A stretch of 64,000 bases of DNA from Terriglobia bacterium. Lineage in GTDB: Bacteria; Acidobacteriota; Polarisedimenticolia; Polarisedimenticolales; JAIQFR01. The stretch is taken from positions 1,056,001 through 1,120,000 of the forward strand of contig CAVVHE010000004.1 of the NCBI GenBank assembly GCA_963748015.1, written 5' to 3'. The first letter of the stretch is position 1; each line of letters opens with the position of its first letter. Below are positions 27,315-36,970 of the stretch, in pieces. The notes under the pieces were generated by a model. That model was not told the origin of the DNA. It worked only from the letters and a program-made list of their open reading frames with translations, and searched no databases. A program made the translations under genes and the position numbers.

Positions 27315-28259
27315 TCAAAGCCCAGCCCTCTCGATGGCATCCCAGTACGAGTCGTCCATCCTGAAATGGAGGTGCGCCAGGGGAATTCCGTCGAACGCGC
27401 GCTCGATCCGCTCGAAGAGATCGGGGCGGCGAGCGAATGCCTCGGCGACGAACGGGAGGTTCCCGACCAGCTCGCCGAGCGCGCGCACTCGCGATATCTC
27501 GCGGACCGCCGCCTCGTTGTCCTTCACGATCCGGAACCCGGCCGCGAGCGGGAAGCGGCCGATGACCGGCTCCCCGCCTTCGTAGGTTCCGCGGAAAGGG
27601 CTCCCGACCAGGTCGAGCCTCCCGCCCTCGCCGGGGAGCAGCAGCGACAGGTCGTCGCTCACCACCCTCGCCCGCCGGCTACAGGCCGACAGCGTGGACT
27701 TTCCCGCCCCCGACTCGCCGAAGAACAGATAGGCGCGACCGTTGCGGACCGCGCCCGCGGCGTGGACCAGCGCCCCGCCGCGGCTCGCGGCCTGCCAGGC
27801 GACCGCCGCGCGGACGTAGTTCTCGATCGCGCGCAGCTCAGGATCGTAGGTCCCACCGGCAAGGAGCATCAACCCCTCGCCCTCCAGCGTGTCGAACCAG
27901 CCGGCGAGCCGGTAGCCGAGGAAGCGGACCCGGGTGCCGTCGATCTCGATGAACACCGGGTTGAACTCGGGCTCGTCCGGCGGCTCGATGAAGTACTCGC
28001 GGTCCTCCAGGGCCAGTCGGACGCGCAGAGCGCCCTTCCCGATCCGAGGCTCGCCGACGTAGGATCCGTAGCGCTGGCGGAGGATCGCGTCGAGACGGTC
28101 GTCGAGCCCGCCGATCTCGATCCTGAGCGGGCCCAGCTCGAGAGCCATCGCCCGGGAGCCGGCCGGCGGGCGGGGCTCCGCGAAGTAGTCCATGGGGAGC
28201 GGCTTCCCTCGGCGCGACGGGTAGGTGCCCGCCTTCGAAGTCCGGTGTTCCGTCGTCAT
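27315..28259 (-). CDS. Second HprK-related P-loop NTPase/kinase-like protein (ScmC-like)
   Basis: LVHAAGAV...FGESGAGKSTLS...VVSDDLSLL...GSPFRG; ATGA overlap with the upstream gene. Confidence 0.75.
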   Translation of the reverse strand: MTTEHRTSKAGTYPSRRGKPLPMDYFAEPRPPAGSRAMALELGPLRIEIGGLDDRLDAILRQRYGSYVGEPRIGKGALRVRLALEDREYFIEPPDEPEFNPVFIEIDGTRVRFLGYRLAGWFDTLEGEGLMLLAGGTYDPELRAIENYVRAAVAWQAASRGGALVHAAGAVRNGRAYLFFGESGAGKSTLSACSRRARVVSDDLSLLLPGEGGRLDLVGSPFRGTYEGGEPVIGRFPLAAGFRIVKDNEAAVREISRVRALGELVGNLPFVAEAFARRPDLFERIERAFDGIPLAHLHFRMDDSYWDAIERAGL

Positions 28260-29386
28260 CCGTCCCTCCCCTCCCCGGGCCGCGCGACTCGGATATGGCC
28301 CCCGTCCCAATCCCGCCCCGACAAGCCCGCCGACTCGATCTCGGCGAGCAGCGCGCGTCGGGTGAAGTAGCGCACGAACGAGCGCTTCATCGTTCCCCCG
28401 AGAGAGATCCAGCGGGAATGGCTCGAACCCCATTCCCCCTTCGGCGATCCCGCGCGACGGGCGAGCTGCAGGGTCAAGATAAACCTTTGGTAGGACGTTT
28501 TCACCCTGCGAACCCCGAGGAAGACCGACCCGTCCGGCTCGAGCCAGCGCTCGATCCGGCGAAGCAGGTCGATTCTCTCCCCCTCCGAGGGAATGAAGCT
28601 GTACACGTCGTAGGTGAAGAACACCGCGGAGAGCCCGCCGGCGGGCTCGTCGTGCGTCCTCAGGTCGCCCAGCACGAATTCCACGGACAGGCGAAGCTCC
28701 GACGCGGCGCGCCGGGACGCCTCGACCATCGCGGGAGCGTAGTCGAGCCCCCGGACTCGATATCCGTCCCGAGCGAGCCCGAAGGCCTCGTGACCCGCGC
28801 CGCTCCCCGCGACGAGGATCGTGCCCCCGCGCCGCACCGCCGAGCGCATGCGCTCGGAAAGGCGGGGCTCCCAGACGGGGACCTGCAGCCGCGCGTAGTA
28901 CGGCGCCTGCTCCTGGTACTTCTCCCGGACCGTGTCGGCCGGATCCGCCGACGCATCGACCCCCTCGCGCACGGCTTCCGCGAGGTCGAGGAAGAGCCGC
29001 CTCATCGCGGCGATGGGCCGGGGAACGGGAACGCTCTCGACCGCGACGCGTCCGAGCACCGCATCCTCGCCGACCTCGGCGCGCTCGCCCGGGTCCGAGT
29101 CTCCCGCGAGCACGAGCGACCCGGAGCGGACCCGCTCGACGCGCAGCACGTCGGGCACCCCCCCGGGCCAGGCCAGCACCACGTCGCCGCGCGCGATCCC
29201 GCGCGCGCCGCCCGGCTTCACCGCGATCCTCTGGCCGTGCGAGATCGCGGGCCACATCCGGTCGCCGACGTACGTCGTCTCGAGCCTGGACGCGCCGCGC
29301 GCCAGAAGGCGGAGGAGCGACGGCGTGGCGTACACCGGCGGGTCGACCAGGATCACCGCCGACAGCGGGTGAAAGAACGAGGTCAC
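28256..29386 (-). CDS. S24/S26 peptidase-like domain fused to a class I SAM-dependent methyltransferase
   Basis: [11 protein letters not shown]...RGDVVL...LRV...LAGD...VLGRV, then ILVAGSGAG...GLDYAPAMV...LEPDG. GTG start overlaps the uvrB stop. Confidence 0.75.
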   Translation of the reverse strand: MTSFFHPLSAVILVDPPVYATPSLLRLLARGASRLETTYVGDRMWPAISHGQRIAVKPGGARGIARGDVVLAWPGGVPDVLRVERVRSGSLVLAGDSDPGERAEVGEDAVLGRVAVESVPVPRPIAAMRRLFLDLAEAVREGVDASADPADTVREKYQEQAPYYARLQVPVWEPRLSERMRSAVRRGGTILVAGSGAGHEAFGLARDGYRVRGLDYAPAMVEASRRAASELRLSVEFVLGDLRTHDEPAGGLSAVFFTYDVYSFIPSEGERIDLLRRIERWLEPDGSVFLGVRRVKTSYQRFILTLQLARRAGSPKGEWGSSHSRWISLGGTMKRSFVRYFTRRALLAEIESAGLSGRDWDGGHIRVARPGEGRDG

Positions 29387-31383
29387 AGCAGGGCCGCTTT
29401 CTCGCGGAGGTACCGGATGCGGTCCCGGTGGGCCGCGGCGGCCTCGAAGTCGAGATCGTCGGCCGCGCGCCGCATCTCGGAGGCGAGCCGGGCGATCTCG
29501 GCCTCGAGGGCGGCGACGTCCTCGAACACCTCCTCGCCGTCCTCCTCCTCGAGCGGCACGGTGGAGTAGTCGGCCGCGAGGGGTGTGCCCAGGATCTCGT
29601 CCACGGCGCGCCGGATCGTCTCGGGGGTGATCCCGTGCGCCGCGTTGTACTCCTCCTGCCTCGCGCGGCGGCGGGCCGTCTCGTCGAGCGCGACCCGCAT
29701 CGAGTCGGTGACCTTGTCGGCGTAGAGGATCGCGGTGCCGTTGACGTTCCGCGCGGCGCGGCCGATCGTCTGGATGAGCGAGCGCGCGGAGCGCAGGTAC
29801 CCCTCCTTGTCCGCGTCCAGGATCGCCACGAGCGAGACCTCGGGGAGGTCGAGCCCCTCGCGGAGGAGGTTCACGCCGACGAGCACGTCGTACTCCCCCC
29901 GTCTCAGGTCCCTCAGGATCTTGACGCGCTCGAGGGTCTCGACGTCCGAATGGAGGTATTCCACCCTCACCCCGAGCTCCTTGTAGTACTCGGTGAGGTC
30001 CTCGGCCATGCGCTTGGTCAGGGTCGTGACGAGGACGCGCTCTCCCCCCTCGACCCGCGCGCGGATCTCCGCGAGCAGGTCGTCCACTTGCCCGTCGATC
30101 GGGCGGACGATCACCCGGGGATCGAGGAGGCCCGTGGGGCGGACCACCTGCTCCACGATCTCTCCTCCCGCGCGCTCGAGCTCGTGGTTCGCGGGGGTGG
30201 CCGAGACGTAGATCGTCTGCGGCCGTCGTTGCTGGAACTCGTCGAAGGTCAGGGGGCGGTTGTCCACCGCGGACGGGAGCCGGAAGCCGAAATTCACCAG
30301 CGTCGTCTTGCGGGCGAGGTCGCCCTTGTACATCCCCTCGATCTGCGGCACGGTGACGTGGCTCTCGTCGATCACGAGGAGCGCGTCCTCGGGGAAGTAG
30401 TCCATCAGGGTCGGCGGGGGCTCTCCCTTCGCTCGGCCCGTGAGGTGGCGCGAGTAGTTCTCGATCCCGTGGCAGTAACCCACCTCGGTCATCATCTCGA
30501 GGTCGAACAGGGTGCGCTGCTCGAGGCGCTGGGCCTCCAGGAGCTTCCCTTCCTTTTCCAGGGCGGCGAGCCTCTCCTTGAGCTCCGCGCGGATCGCCGC
30601 GATCGCCCGGAGCAGGTCCTCCCGCGGCGTGACGTAGTGGCTGTTCGGGTACACGGGCGCGCGATCGAGCGCCTCCAGCGCCTTCCCCCGCACCGGGTCG
30701 ATCCTCGACACCTTCTGGACCTCGTCCCCCCACAACTCGATCCGCAGCGCGTCCTCGGCGTAGGCGGGCCAGATCTCGATCGTGTCCCCCCGGACCCGGA
30801 ACGCGCCGCGACGGAGGTCCGCGGGGGTCCTCTCGTACTGGATCTCGACCAGCTTCCGGATCGCGCGCTCGCGATCGAGGCGTCCGCCGCTCTCGACGAG
30901 GAGCATCATCCCGTGATAGGCCTCCGGCGACCCGAGGCCGTAGATGCACGAGACGCTCGCCACGATCAGCACGTCGCGCCGCTCGAAGAGCGCGCGCGTG
31001 GCCGAATGGCGCATCCGGTCGATCTCCTCGTTGATCGTCGCTTCCTTCTCGATGTAGGTGTCGGACTGCGGGACGTAGGCTTCCGGCTGGTAGTAGTCGT
31101 AGTACGAGACGAAGTACTCGACCGCGTTCTTGGGAAAGAGCCGCCGGAACTCCTGGTAGAGCTGCGCGGCGAGCGTCTTGTTGTGCGCCATGACCAGGGT
31201 CGTGCGGTTCGCCCGCGCGACCACGTTCGCGATCGTGAAGGTCTTGCCCGACCCGGTGACGCCGAGGAGCACCTGGTCCGTCCGCCCCTCGGCGACGCCG
31301 CGGGCGAGCTTCTCGATCGCCTCCGGCTGGTCCCCGGTCGGCTTGAAATCCGACACGATCTCGAACTTCGCCACCTTCGTCAC
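29383..31383 (-). CDS. uvrB: Excinuclease ABC subunit B
   Basis: [49 protein letters not shown]. Confidence 0.98.
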   Translation of the reverse strand: MTKVAKFEIVSDFKPTGDQPEAIEKLARGVAEGRTDQVLLGVTGSGKTFTIANVVARANRTTLVMAHNKTLAAQLYQEFRRLFPKNAVEYFVSYYDYYQPEAYVPQSDTYIEKEATINEEIDRMRHSATRALFERRDVLIVASVSCIYGLGSPEAYHGMMLLVESGGRLDRERAIRKLVEIQYERTPADLRRGAFRVRGDTIEIWPAYAEDALRIELWGDEVQKVSRIDPVRGKALEALDRAPVYPNSHYVTPREDLLRAIAAIRAELKERLAALEKEGKLLEAQRLEQRTLFDLEMMTEVGYCHGIENYSRHLTGRAKGEPPPTLMDYFPEDALLVIDESHVTVPQIEGMYKGDLARKTTLVNFGFRLPSAVDNRPLTFDEFQQRRPQTIYVSATPANHELERAGGEIVEQVVRPTGLLDPRVIVRPIDGQVDDLLAEIRARVEGGERVLVTTLTKRMAEDLTEYYKELGVRVEYLHSDVETLERVKILRDLRRGEYDVLVGVNLLREGLDLPEVSLVAILDADKEGYLRSARSLIQTIGRAARNVNGTAILYADKVTDSMRVALDETARRRARQEEYNAAHGITPETIRRAVDEILGTPLAADYSTVPLEEEDGEEVFEDVAALEAEIARLASEMRRAADDLDFEAAAAHRDRIRYLREKAALL

Positions 31384-31448
31384 GCTCCCTCGGCGATTCT
31401 ACCTTTCGCCTTCCGCGTTGTCAGGACGGGTGGTCGTGGCCGGGCAGC

Positions 31449-31601
31449 GGGCCGGAGGGCCAGGGACCGTACCTCGCCGGGCACGCTCGCCGGTTCGCGA
31501 TTCGCCGCGACGGCTCGCTCCGGTTTCGCTCGCGCCCGCCAAGGAAGGGCGGGCGCGGCGAAACAGGGCCCGGCGAGGTACGGTCCCTGGCCCTCCGGCC
31601 C
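31449..31601. repeat. Structured palindromic element, copy 1 (34-bp perfect terminal inverted repeat)
   Basis: 31449-31482 is the exact reverse complement of 31568-31601; two inner hairpins. Confidence 0.85.
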
Positions 31602-31751
31602 TCGTGGCCCTCGCTGCGATCGGGTCCGAACGAAACGGCGTACAGCGGACGGCCGCGGCGGACGAGAGCAACGCTACTGCTCCAGCTCGCGCCTTCCGCC
31701 GCGACGTGGTGTGTACCACGCAGTTCCGCGCCGGGACCCGAATCGTGCCAC

Positions 31752-31916
31752 GCGGCTCGCGCGATCCGGTCCGGGGCGCACCTCCCCGGGCCCTGTTTCG
31801 CCGCGCCTGCTATTCGATGGCAGGCGCGAGCGAAACCGGAGCGAGCCGGCGCGGAAGAACGCGCAACGGCGAGCGTGCCCGGGGAGGTGCGCCCCGGACC
31901 GGATCGCGCGAGCCGC
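31752..31916. repeat. Structured palindromic element, copy 2, inverted relative to copy 1 (40-bp perfect terminal inverted repeat)
   Basis: 31752-31791 is the exact reverse complement of 31877-31916; the reverse complement of its interior closely matches the interior of copy 1. Confidence 0.85.
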
Positions 31917-32008
31917 CCCCGCACCAACCCCCGCGCCGAGCGCCGGGCACGAGCACCCCGGTTTGCCGAACTCGGGCCCGCTGGTACTCTCTAGCGGGAG
32001 GCATCGCC

Positions 32009-34588
32009 TTGGGGGAGAACACTCCGAAGAAGGGCCGGCGGAGGCGCTGGCCCATCGTGCTGGTCGCCGCGCTCCTGGTGCCGGCGGCGGTCGGGGGGGC
32101 CGTGCTCGGGCACGGCCTCAACTTCGACCTGCCCGACGTGAGCAAGCTCGAGGATTACACCCCGCCGCTGAGCACGAGGGTCCTCGCGAAGGACGGCACG
32201 CCGCTGGCCAGCTTCGGCGAGCAGCGGCGCGTGCTCATCCCGTACAAGGACATCCCGAAGGTGTTCGAGCAGGCGCTGCTCGCGGTGGAGGACTCGAGCT
32301 TCTACCGGCACAGCGGGGTCGACATCCGGGGGATCCTTCGCGCGGCCTGGTACGACGTGACCCACCTCACGCTCGAGCAGGGGGCGAGCACGCTGACGCA
32401 GCAGCTCGCGCGCAATCTCTTCCCCGACGTCCTCAAGCCCGAGAAGACGGCCCACCGGAAGGTCCAGGAGATGCTGCTGGCGCTCGAGATCGAGCGGCGT
32501 TACACGAAGCAGGAGATCCTCCGCCTCTACTGCAACCAGGTCTACATGGGCCAGGGACGGTACGGGATCGAGGCGGGCTCGCGCTATTTCTTCGGGAAGC
32601 CGGCCAAGCAGATGACCCTCGCGGAGGCTGCGCTGCTCGCCGGACTGGTGCAGCGCCCCGAGGGCCTCGCCCCGCACCGCCATCCCGAGCGGGCGGTGAA
32701 GCGCCGCAACCACGTGCTCGCCCGGATGGCGGAGGAGGGTTACATCCGCGAGGCCACGGCCCGGGCCGCGCAGAAGGAACCGCTCCGCCTGGCGCCGGCG
32801 CGGGAGACCGCCGACATCGCTCCCTACTTCGTCGAGGAGGTGCGGCGGCTGCTCCAGGCCAAGTACGGCGACGAGAGCCTCTACCAGGCGGGACTCGAGG
32901 TGCGCACCCCGATCGACCCGCGCCTCCAGAAGCTCGCCAACGCCGCCGTGGACCGCGGCCTGCGCGAGCTGGACAAGCGCCAGGGGTGGCGGGGCGTGAA
33001 GGCCCGCGTCCCGGGCGGAGAGTCGCCCGAGACGTGGTCGCCTCCCTCCTGGCGCGAAGGCGTCGAGCCGGGCGAGGTGGCCGACGCGGTGGTCACTTCG
33101 GTCTCGCAGGCGCGCGCGCAGGTGCGGGCCGGACCCTACCGGGGAACGCTCGGCCCCGACCAGATCGCGTGGACCGGACGGACCTACGCCTCGTCCCTCC
33201 TCAAGGCCGGCGACGTCGTCCGGGTCCGCATCGAGGCCGGCGAGCGCGGGGGCGATCCCACGTTCCTCCTCGAGCAGGACCCGCGCGTCGAGTCGGCGCT
33301 CATCGCCATCGAGCCCGCCACCGGCGCCATCCGCGCTCTCGTGGGCGGCTTCGACTTCCGGCGCAGCGAGTTCGACCGCGCGATCCAGGCCCGGCGGCAG
33401 TGCGGCTCGGCTTTCAAGCCCTTCGTCTACGCCGCGGCCCTCTCCCAGGGGATGACGCCGGCGCAGACGATATTCGACGAGCCGACGGTGTTCATCGACC
33501 CGGAGACGTTCGTCCCCTACCAGCCGGAGAACTACGGCGACAAGTACTACGGGACCCTGACCCTCCGCCACGCGCTGGAGAAGTCCGTCAACATCGCGAC
33601 CGTGAAGCTGCTCGGGCAGGTCGGCTTCACCCCGGTGATCGAGATGGCGCGCCGGCTCGGGATCACTACCGAGATGAAGGCGTATCCCTCCCTCGCGCTC
33701 GGCGCGTTCGAGGTGACCCTTCTCGAGCTGACCAGCGCGTACGGCGCGTTCGCGAACCAGGGGGTCCGCGTGGAGCCGCACCTGCTCGACGACGTGCGAT
33801 CGAGCCGCGGCGAGATCCTCGAGCGAACGAAGCCCGGCGTGCAGGACGCGGTGAGCCCGCAGATCGCCCACCTCATGAACCGTCTGCTCGAAGGGGTCGT
33901 GACCGACGGGACCGGCTCCGCGGCCGCGGAGCTCGGGCGGCCGCTCGCCGGGAAGACCGGGACCACGAACGACTTCACCGATGCCTGGTTCATCGGCTAC
34001 GCGCCGGACCTCGTCGTCGGCGTCTGGGTGGGGTTCGACGAGAAAAAGAGCCTCGGCGACCGCGTGACCGGTGCCCAGGCGGCCCTCCCGATCTGGAAGA
34101 CCTTCATGGAGGCGGCGTACGAGGGCCGCGCGCCGGAGGACTTCCCGGTACCCCCCGGCGTCACGATCGCCGCGATCGACACCTCGACCGGCCTCAAGGC
34201 GAGCGACGGCGCCGGTTGCGCCCCCGTGATCTCCGAGGCGTTCCTCGACGGCACCGAGCCGACCGCCTACTGCTCCGCCGCCGAGCACGAGCGACTGAAG
34301 CTGCCGTACCCCTTCCAGCGCTATTCCCTCGACGAGAGCGGCGCGCTCGCCGTCCCGGGCGGCGACCTCGAACGGCTTCTCTCGAGCGAGCGCACGGTGC
34401 GCGTCGCCGCCGGCGGGCGGCGGCTCGAAGCCGACACTCCGGAAGGAAGGGTCTCGCTCCCGCTCCACCGCCTCCCCGGCGGCGGCGATCCCGATGCACT
34501 CCCCTCGGAGGCCGTCGGGCGGGTGGATCCCTCCGGCTGGTTCGGCAAGGACGGACGCCACGCTCACGCAGTCATGATCCGTCGGTAG
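32009..34588 (+). CDS. mrcA: Penicillin-binding protein 1A (transglycosylase/transpeptidase)
   Basis: EDSSFYRHSG, GASTLTQQLARN, RKVQE, SAFK (SxxK), SVN, KTGT; TTG start after GGGAGG. Confidence 0.93.
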   Translation: MGENTPKKGRRRRWPIVLVAALLVPAAVGGAVLGHGLNFDLPDVSKLEDYTPPLSTRVLAKDGTPLASFGEQRRVLIPYKDIPKVFEQALLAVEDSSFYRHSGVDIRGILRAAWYDVTHLTLEQGASTLTQQLARNLFPDVLKPEKTAHRKVQEMLLALEIERRYTKQEILRLYCNQVYMGQGRYGIEAGSRYFFGKPAKQMTLAEAALLAGLVQRPEGLAPHRHPERAVKRRNHVLARMAEEGYIREATARAAQKEPLRLAPARETADIAPYFVEEVRRLLQAKYGDESLYQAGLEVRTPIDPRLQKLANAAVDRGLRELDKRQGWRGVKARVPGGESPETWSPPSWREGVEPGEVADAVVTSVSQARAQVRAGPYRGTLGPDQIAWTGRTYASSLLKAGDVVRVRIEAGERGGDPTFLLEQDPRVESALIAIEPATGAIRALVGGFDFRRSEFDRAIQARRQCGSAFKPFVYAAALSQGMTPAQTIFDEPTVFIDPETFVPYQPENYGDKYYGTLTLRHALEKSVNIATVKLLGQVGFTPVIEMARRLGITTEMKAYPSLALGAFEVTLLELTSAYGAFANQGVRVEPHLLDDVRSSRGEILERTKPGVQDAVSPQIAHLMNRLLEGVVTDGTGSAAAELGRPLAGKTGTTNDFTDAWFIGYAPDLVVGVWVGFDEKKSLGDRVTGAQAALPIWKTFMEAAYEGRAPEDFPVPPGVTIAAIDTSTGLKASDGAGCAPVISEAFLDGTEPTAYCSAAEHERLKLPYPFQRYSLDESGALAVPGGDLERLLSSERTVRVAAGGRRLEADTPEGRVSLPLHRLPGGGDPDALPSEAVGRVDPSGWFGKDGRHAHAVMIRR

Positions 34589-34648
34589 GAGCCCGCCACC
34601 ACCACGGGAGGAGCGCGACCGGGCGCCCTCGGCGGCCCGGAAAGGGCG

Positions 34649-35473
34649 CTACGGACGAATGCGCTCGCGCCCCTCGAGGTTCCAGGCGTCGGTGGAGTAC
34701 TTCGCGGCGCGGAGAAGCGCAGCGCGCTCGAATTCGGCCGGCGTGAGGGCTCCGGGAAGCACGGGACCGCCGAGGACCGTCTCGAAGGCCGCGACGATCG
34801 CCGCGTCGAGCGCCGCGACGTCCGGAGCGCGCCCGAGGGTTCTCTCGAGATCCACGAAGCGGGATCCGTCCGCCGGGGCGCCGATCGCCCGCGACAGCCG
34901 CGAAGGATCGGCGCGAAGCAGGATGGAGCCGTGCTGCAGGAAGGCCCCGTGCCGCCGGAGCTGGGCGGACCCCACGAGCTTCCTCCCGCCGGCCGTGATC
35001 TCGTGCGCCCCCGCGAGATCGAAGCAGACGGGCGGACCGAGCGGTCCGGGATCCCTTGCGGCGCCTCGCGACGGCGAGGCTCCCTCGGCCTCCACGCCGA
35101 GAAGCCGCAGCGCCTCGACGAGCGCCGCGGCGACTCGCCGGTACGTGTCGAGCACCCCCCCCTCGAAGGGGGGCTCGCGGAGGCTCCCGATCACCGCGTA
35201 GGTCCGCTCGTGCTCGTGGAGCACCGCGCGCCCGCCGGTCGGACGGCGTACCAGGTGGATTCCCTCCGCGCGGAGAAACGCCGCGTCGTGGGCGCCGGCC
35301 GCGGCCTGTCTCCGTCCCAGGGAGAGGGCGGGAGGACTCCACGAGTAGAGTCTCAGGGTCGGCGCGGCGGGGCGGGAGGACACGACGTACGACTCGAGCA
35401 AGGCCTCGTCCACGGCCATGTTCGAGGCGCCGTCGGCCGGACCGTCGGCGAGGAGCCGGAAACCGGATGGCAC
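34649..35473 (-). CDS. Lipoate-protein ligase A family / octanoyltransferase
   Basis: NMAVDEALL, PTLRLYSW, VRRPTGGRAVLH, KLVGSAQ, LQHGSI. Confidence 0.9.
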   Translation of the reverse strand: MPSGFRLLADGPADGASNMAVDEALLESYVVSSRPAAPTLRLYSWSPPALSLGRRQAAAGAHDAAFLRAEGIHLVRRPTGGRAVLHEHERTYAVIGSLREPPFEGGVLDTYRRVAAALVEALRLLGVEAEGASPSRGAARDPGPLGPPVCFDLAGAHEITAGGRKLVGSAQLRRHGAFLQHGSILLRADPSRLSRAIGAPADGSRFVDLERTLGRAPDVAALDAAIVAAFETVLGGPVLPGALTPAEFERAALLRAAKYSTDAWNLEGRERIRP

Positions 35474-35483
35474 TTCGTCGCCG

Positions 35484-36818
35484 TCAGTCGAGGGTCCGCT
35501 CGCCGTGCCCGCTGCGGAAAGACGACGAGCGCAGGTCGTACTTCCGGAGCAGCCGCTGCAAGGCCGAGCGCAGCATGCCCGCGTGATGCGCGGCCGCCGT
35601 GACGTTTCCGTGGTATCTCTCGAGGAGATCCCCGAGATAACGCTTCTCGAACTCCTCGACGACGCGCCGCTTGGCCTCGCGGAACCGGGCGGCGTCGAGC
35701 GGCCCCGGGCCCGAGCGGAGAGCCTCGGGGAGGTCTCCGAGACCGATCGTACCGCCCGCGGCGAGGATCATCCCGTGCTCGATCGCGGTCCGCAGCTCGC
35801 GGACGTTGCCCGGCCAGGCGCTCCCCGCGAGCGCATCGAGCGCTTCCGGCGCGATGTGGGTCGGAGGGAGGTCGTTGATGGCGCGGATCTCCTCCACGAA
35901 ATGGCTCGCGAGCGCCGCCACGTCCTCCGGCCTCGCCCGAAGCGGCGGAATCTCCACCACCGCATCGCCCAGCGCGCGCGCGAGGTCCGCTCGGAAACGC
36001 CCCTCCTCCACGAGCCGCGCGAGATCGTTCCGGGTGGCCGAGAGGGTCCGGCCTCCGCCGCCGATCGCGGCGGCGACGGCGCCCTGCAACGAAAGGGGCA
36101 ACGCGTCGACGTCCGCGAGGAGCAAGGTGCCGCCCCGCGCCAATTCGATCGCTCCCGCCGGGGTGAGGCCCCGGCCGAAGAGCTCCTCCTCCAGCGCCTC
36201 CGCGGACGCCACCGCGCAGTCGACCTGCACGAACGGCTGCCCGCGGCGGGGCGAGAGCTCGTGCAGCACCCTGGCCGCAAGCCGCTTGCCCGTGCCGGGC
36301 TCCCCGAAGAACACGACGGGCCGGTCGCCCGGAGCGAGGATCTCGATTCGCTCGCGCAGCCGCTCCATCGCCTCGCTCGGTCCCACGATCCTTCCGCATC
36401 CTTCGCGGACCCGCACACTGCCCCGCGGCGCGCGCCGCTCCTCGAGGAGATCGTGTTGCGCGAGGGCCCTCTCCACGGCGAGCCGCAGGCGAGCGAGATC
36501 CTCGGGTCCCGGGGCGACGACGAACGCGCCGGCCCGAACGGCGTCGGCTTCCCCGGAAAACGAATGCCGATCGAGGAGCGCGACGATCACGATCGATGGC
36601 CTGAGCCGCGTCGCGCGATCGAGGAACTCGCCGCCGGAGTGGGACCACGGTGGCGAGGACGCGAGAACGACGCGGACCGGGTGCTGCTCGATCGTCCGGA
36701 GGGCCTCCTCTTCGGTCGCGGCGGTCAGGACCTCGCAGGTCGTTGTCGCGAGCGCGCTCCGGAGCCGCTCACACTTCCCCGCGTCGCCGTCCAGCACCAG
36801 GACGAGCGGGTGCTCCAT
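35484..36818 (-). CDS. NtrC-like receiver-AAA-HTH regulator, degenerate
   Basis: Receiver-like N-terminus, GEPGTGK, WPGNVREL and a Fis-type HTH; lacks GAFTGA and the Walker B DE. Confidence 0.8.
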   Translation of the reverse strand: MEHPLVLVLDGDAGKCERLRSALATTTCEVLTAATEEEALRTIEQHPVRVVLASSPPWSHSGGEFLDRATRLRPSIVIVALLDRHSFSGEADAVRAGAFVVAPGPEDLARLRLAVERALAQHDLLEERRAPRGSVRVREGCGRIVGPSEAMERLRERIEILAPGDRPVVFFGEPGTGKRLAARVLHELSPRRGQPFVQVDCAVASAEALEEELFGRGLTPAGAIELARGGTLLLADVDALPLSLQGAVAAAIGGGGRTLSATRNDLARLVEEGRFRADLARALGDAVVEIPPLRARPEDVAALASHFVEEIRAINDLPPTHIAPEALDALAGSAWPGNVRELRTAIEHGMILAAGGTIGLGDLPEALRSGPGPLDAARFREAKRRVVEEFEKRYLGDLLERYHGNVTAAAHHAGMLRSALQRLLRKYDLRSSSFRSGHGERTLD

Positions 36819-36970
36819 GGCCTCTCCCTCCCGTTCTCGATCCGTCCGCCGGCCGGGCCCTCCGTACGCACCGCCACCCGGCCGGTACCGCAGGTACTCT
36901 GCCTAAGAGTATACCGGGCGCGCGGGACAAGAGTGGAGGAAATTTGCGGAATCGAGGCAGGTAAGGGAAG

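Noticed and set aside
31384..31448. LexA/SOS box upstream of uvrB
   Set aside because: Only a TAGAAT -10-like hexamer is seen; no recognisable LexA palindrome.
31178..32008. 277-aa N-terminal extension of PBP1A and small ORFs at 31399-31927
   Set aside because: They run through the palindromic elements; a TTG start with RBS at 32009 gives a normal PBP1A N-terminus.
29428..34746. Very long alternative-frame ORFs (e.g. 1772 aa, also 20411-23476 and 24407-27364)
   Set aside because: Arg/Pro/Gly-rich shadow ORFs expected at this GC content; they overlap well-supported genes.
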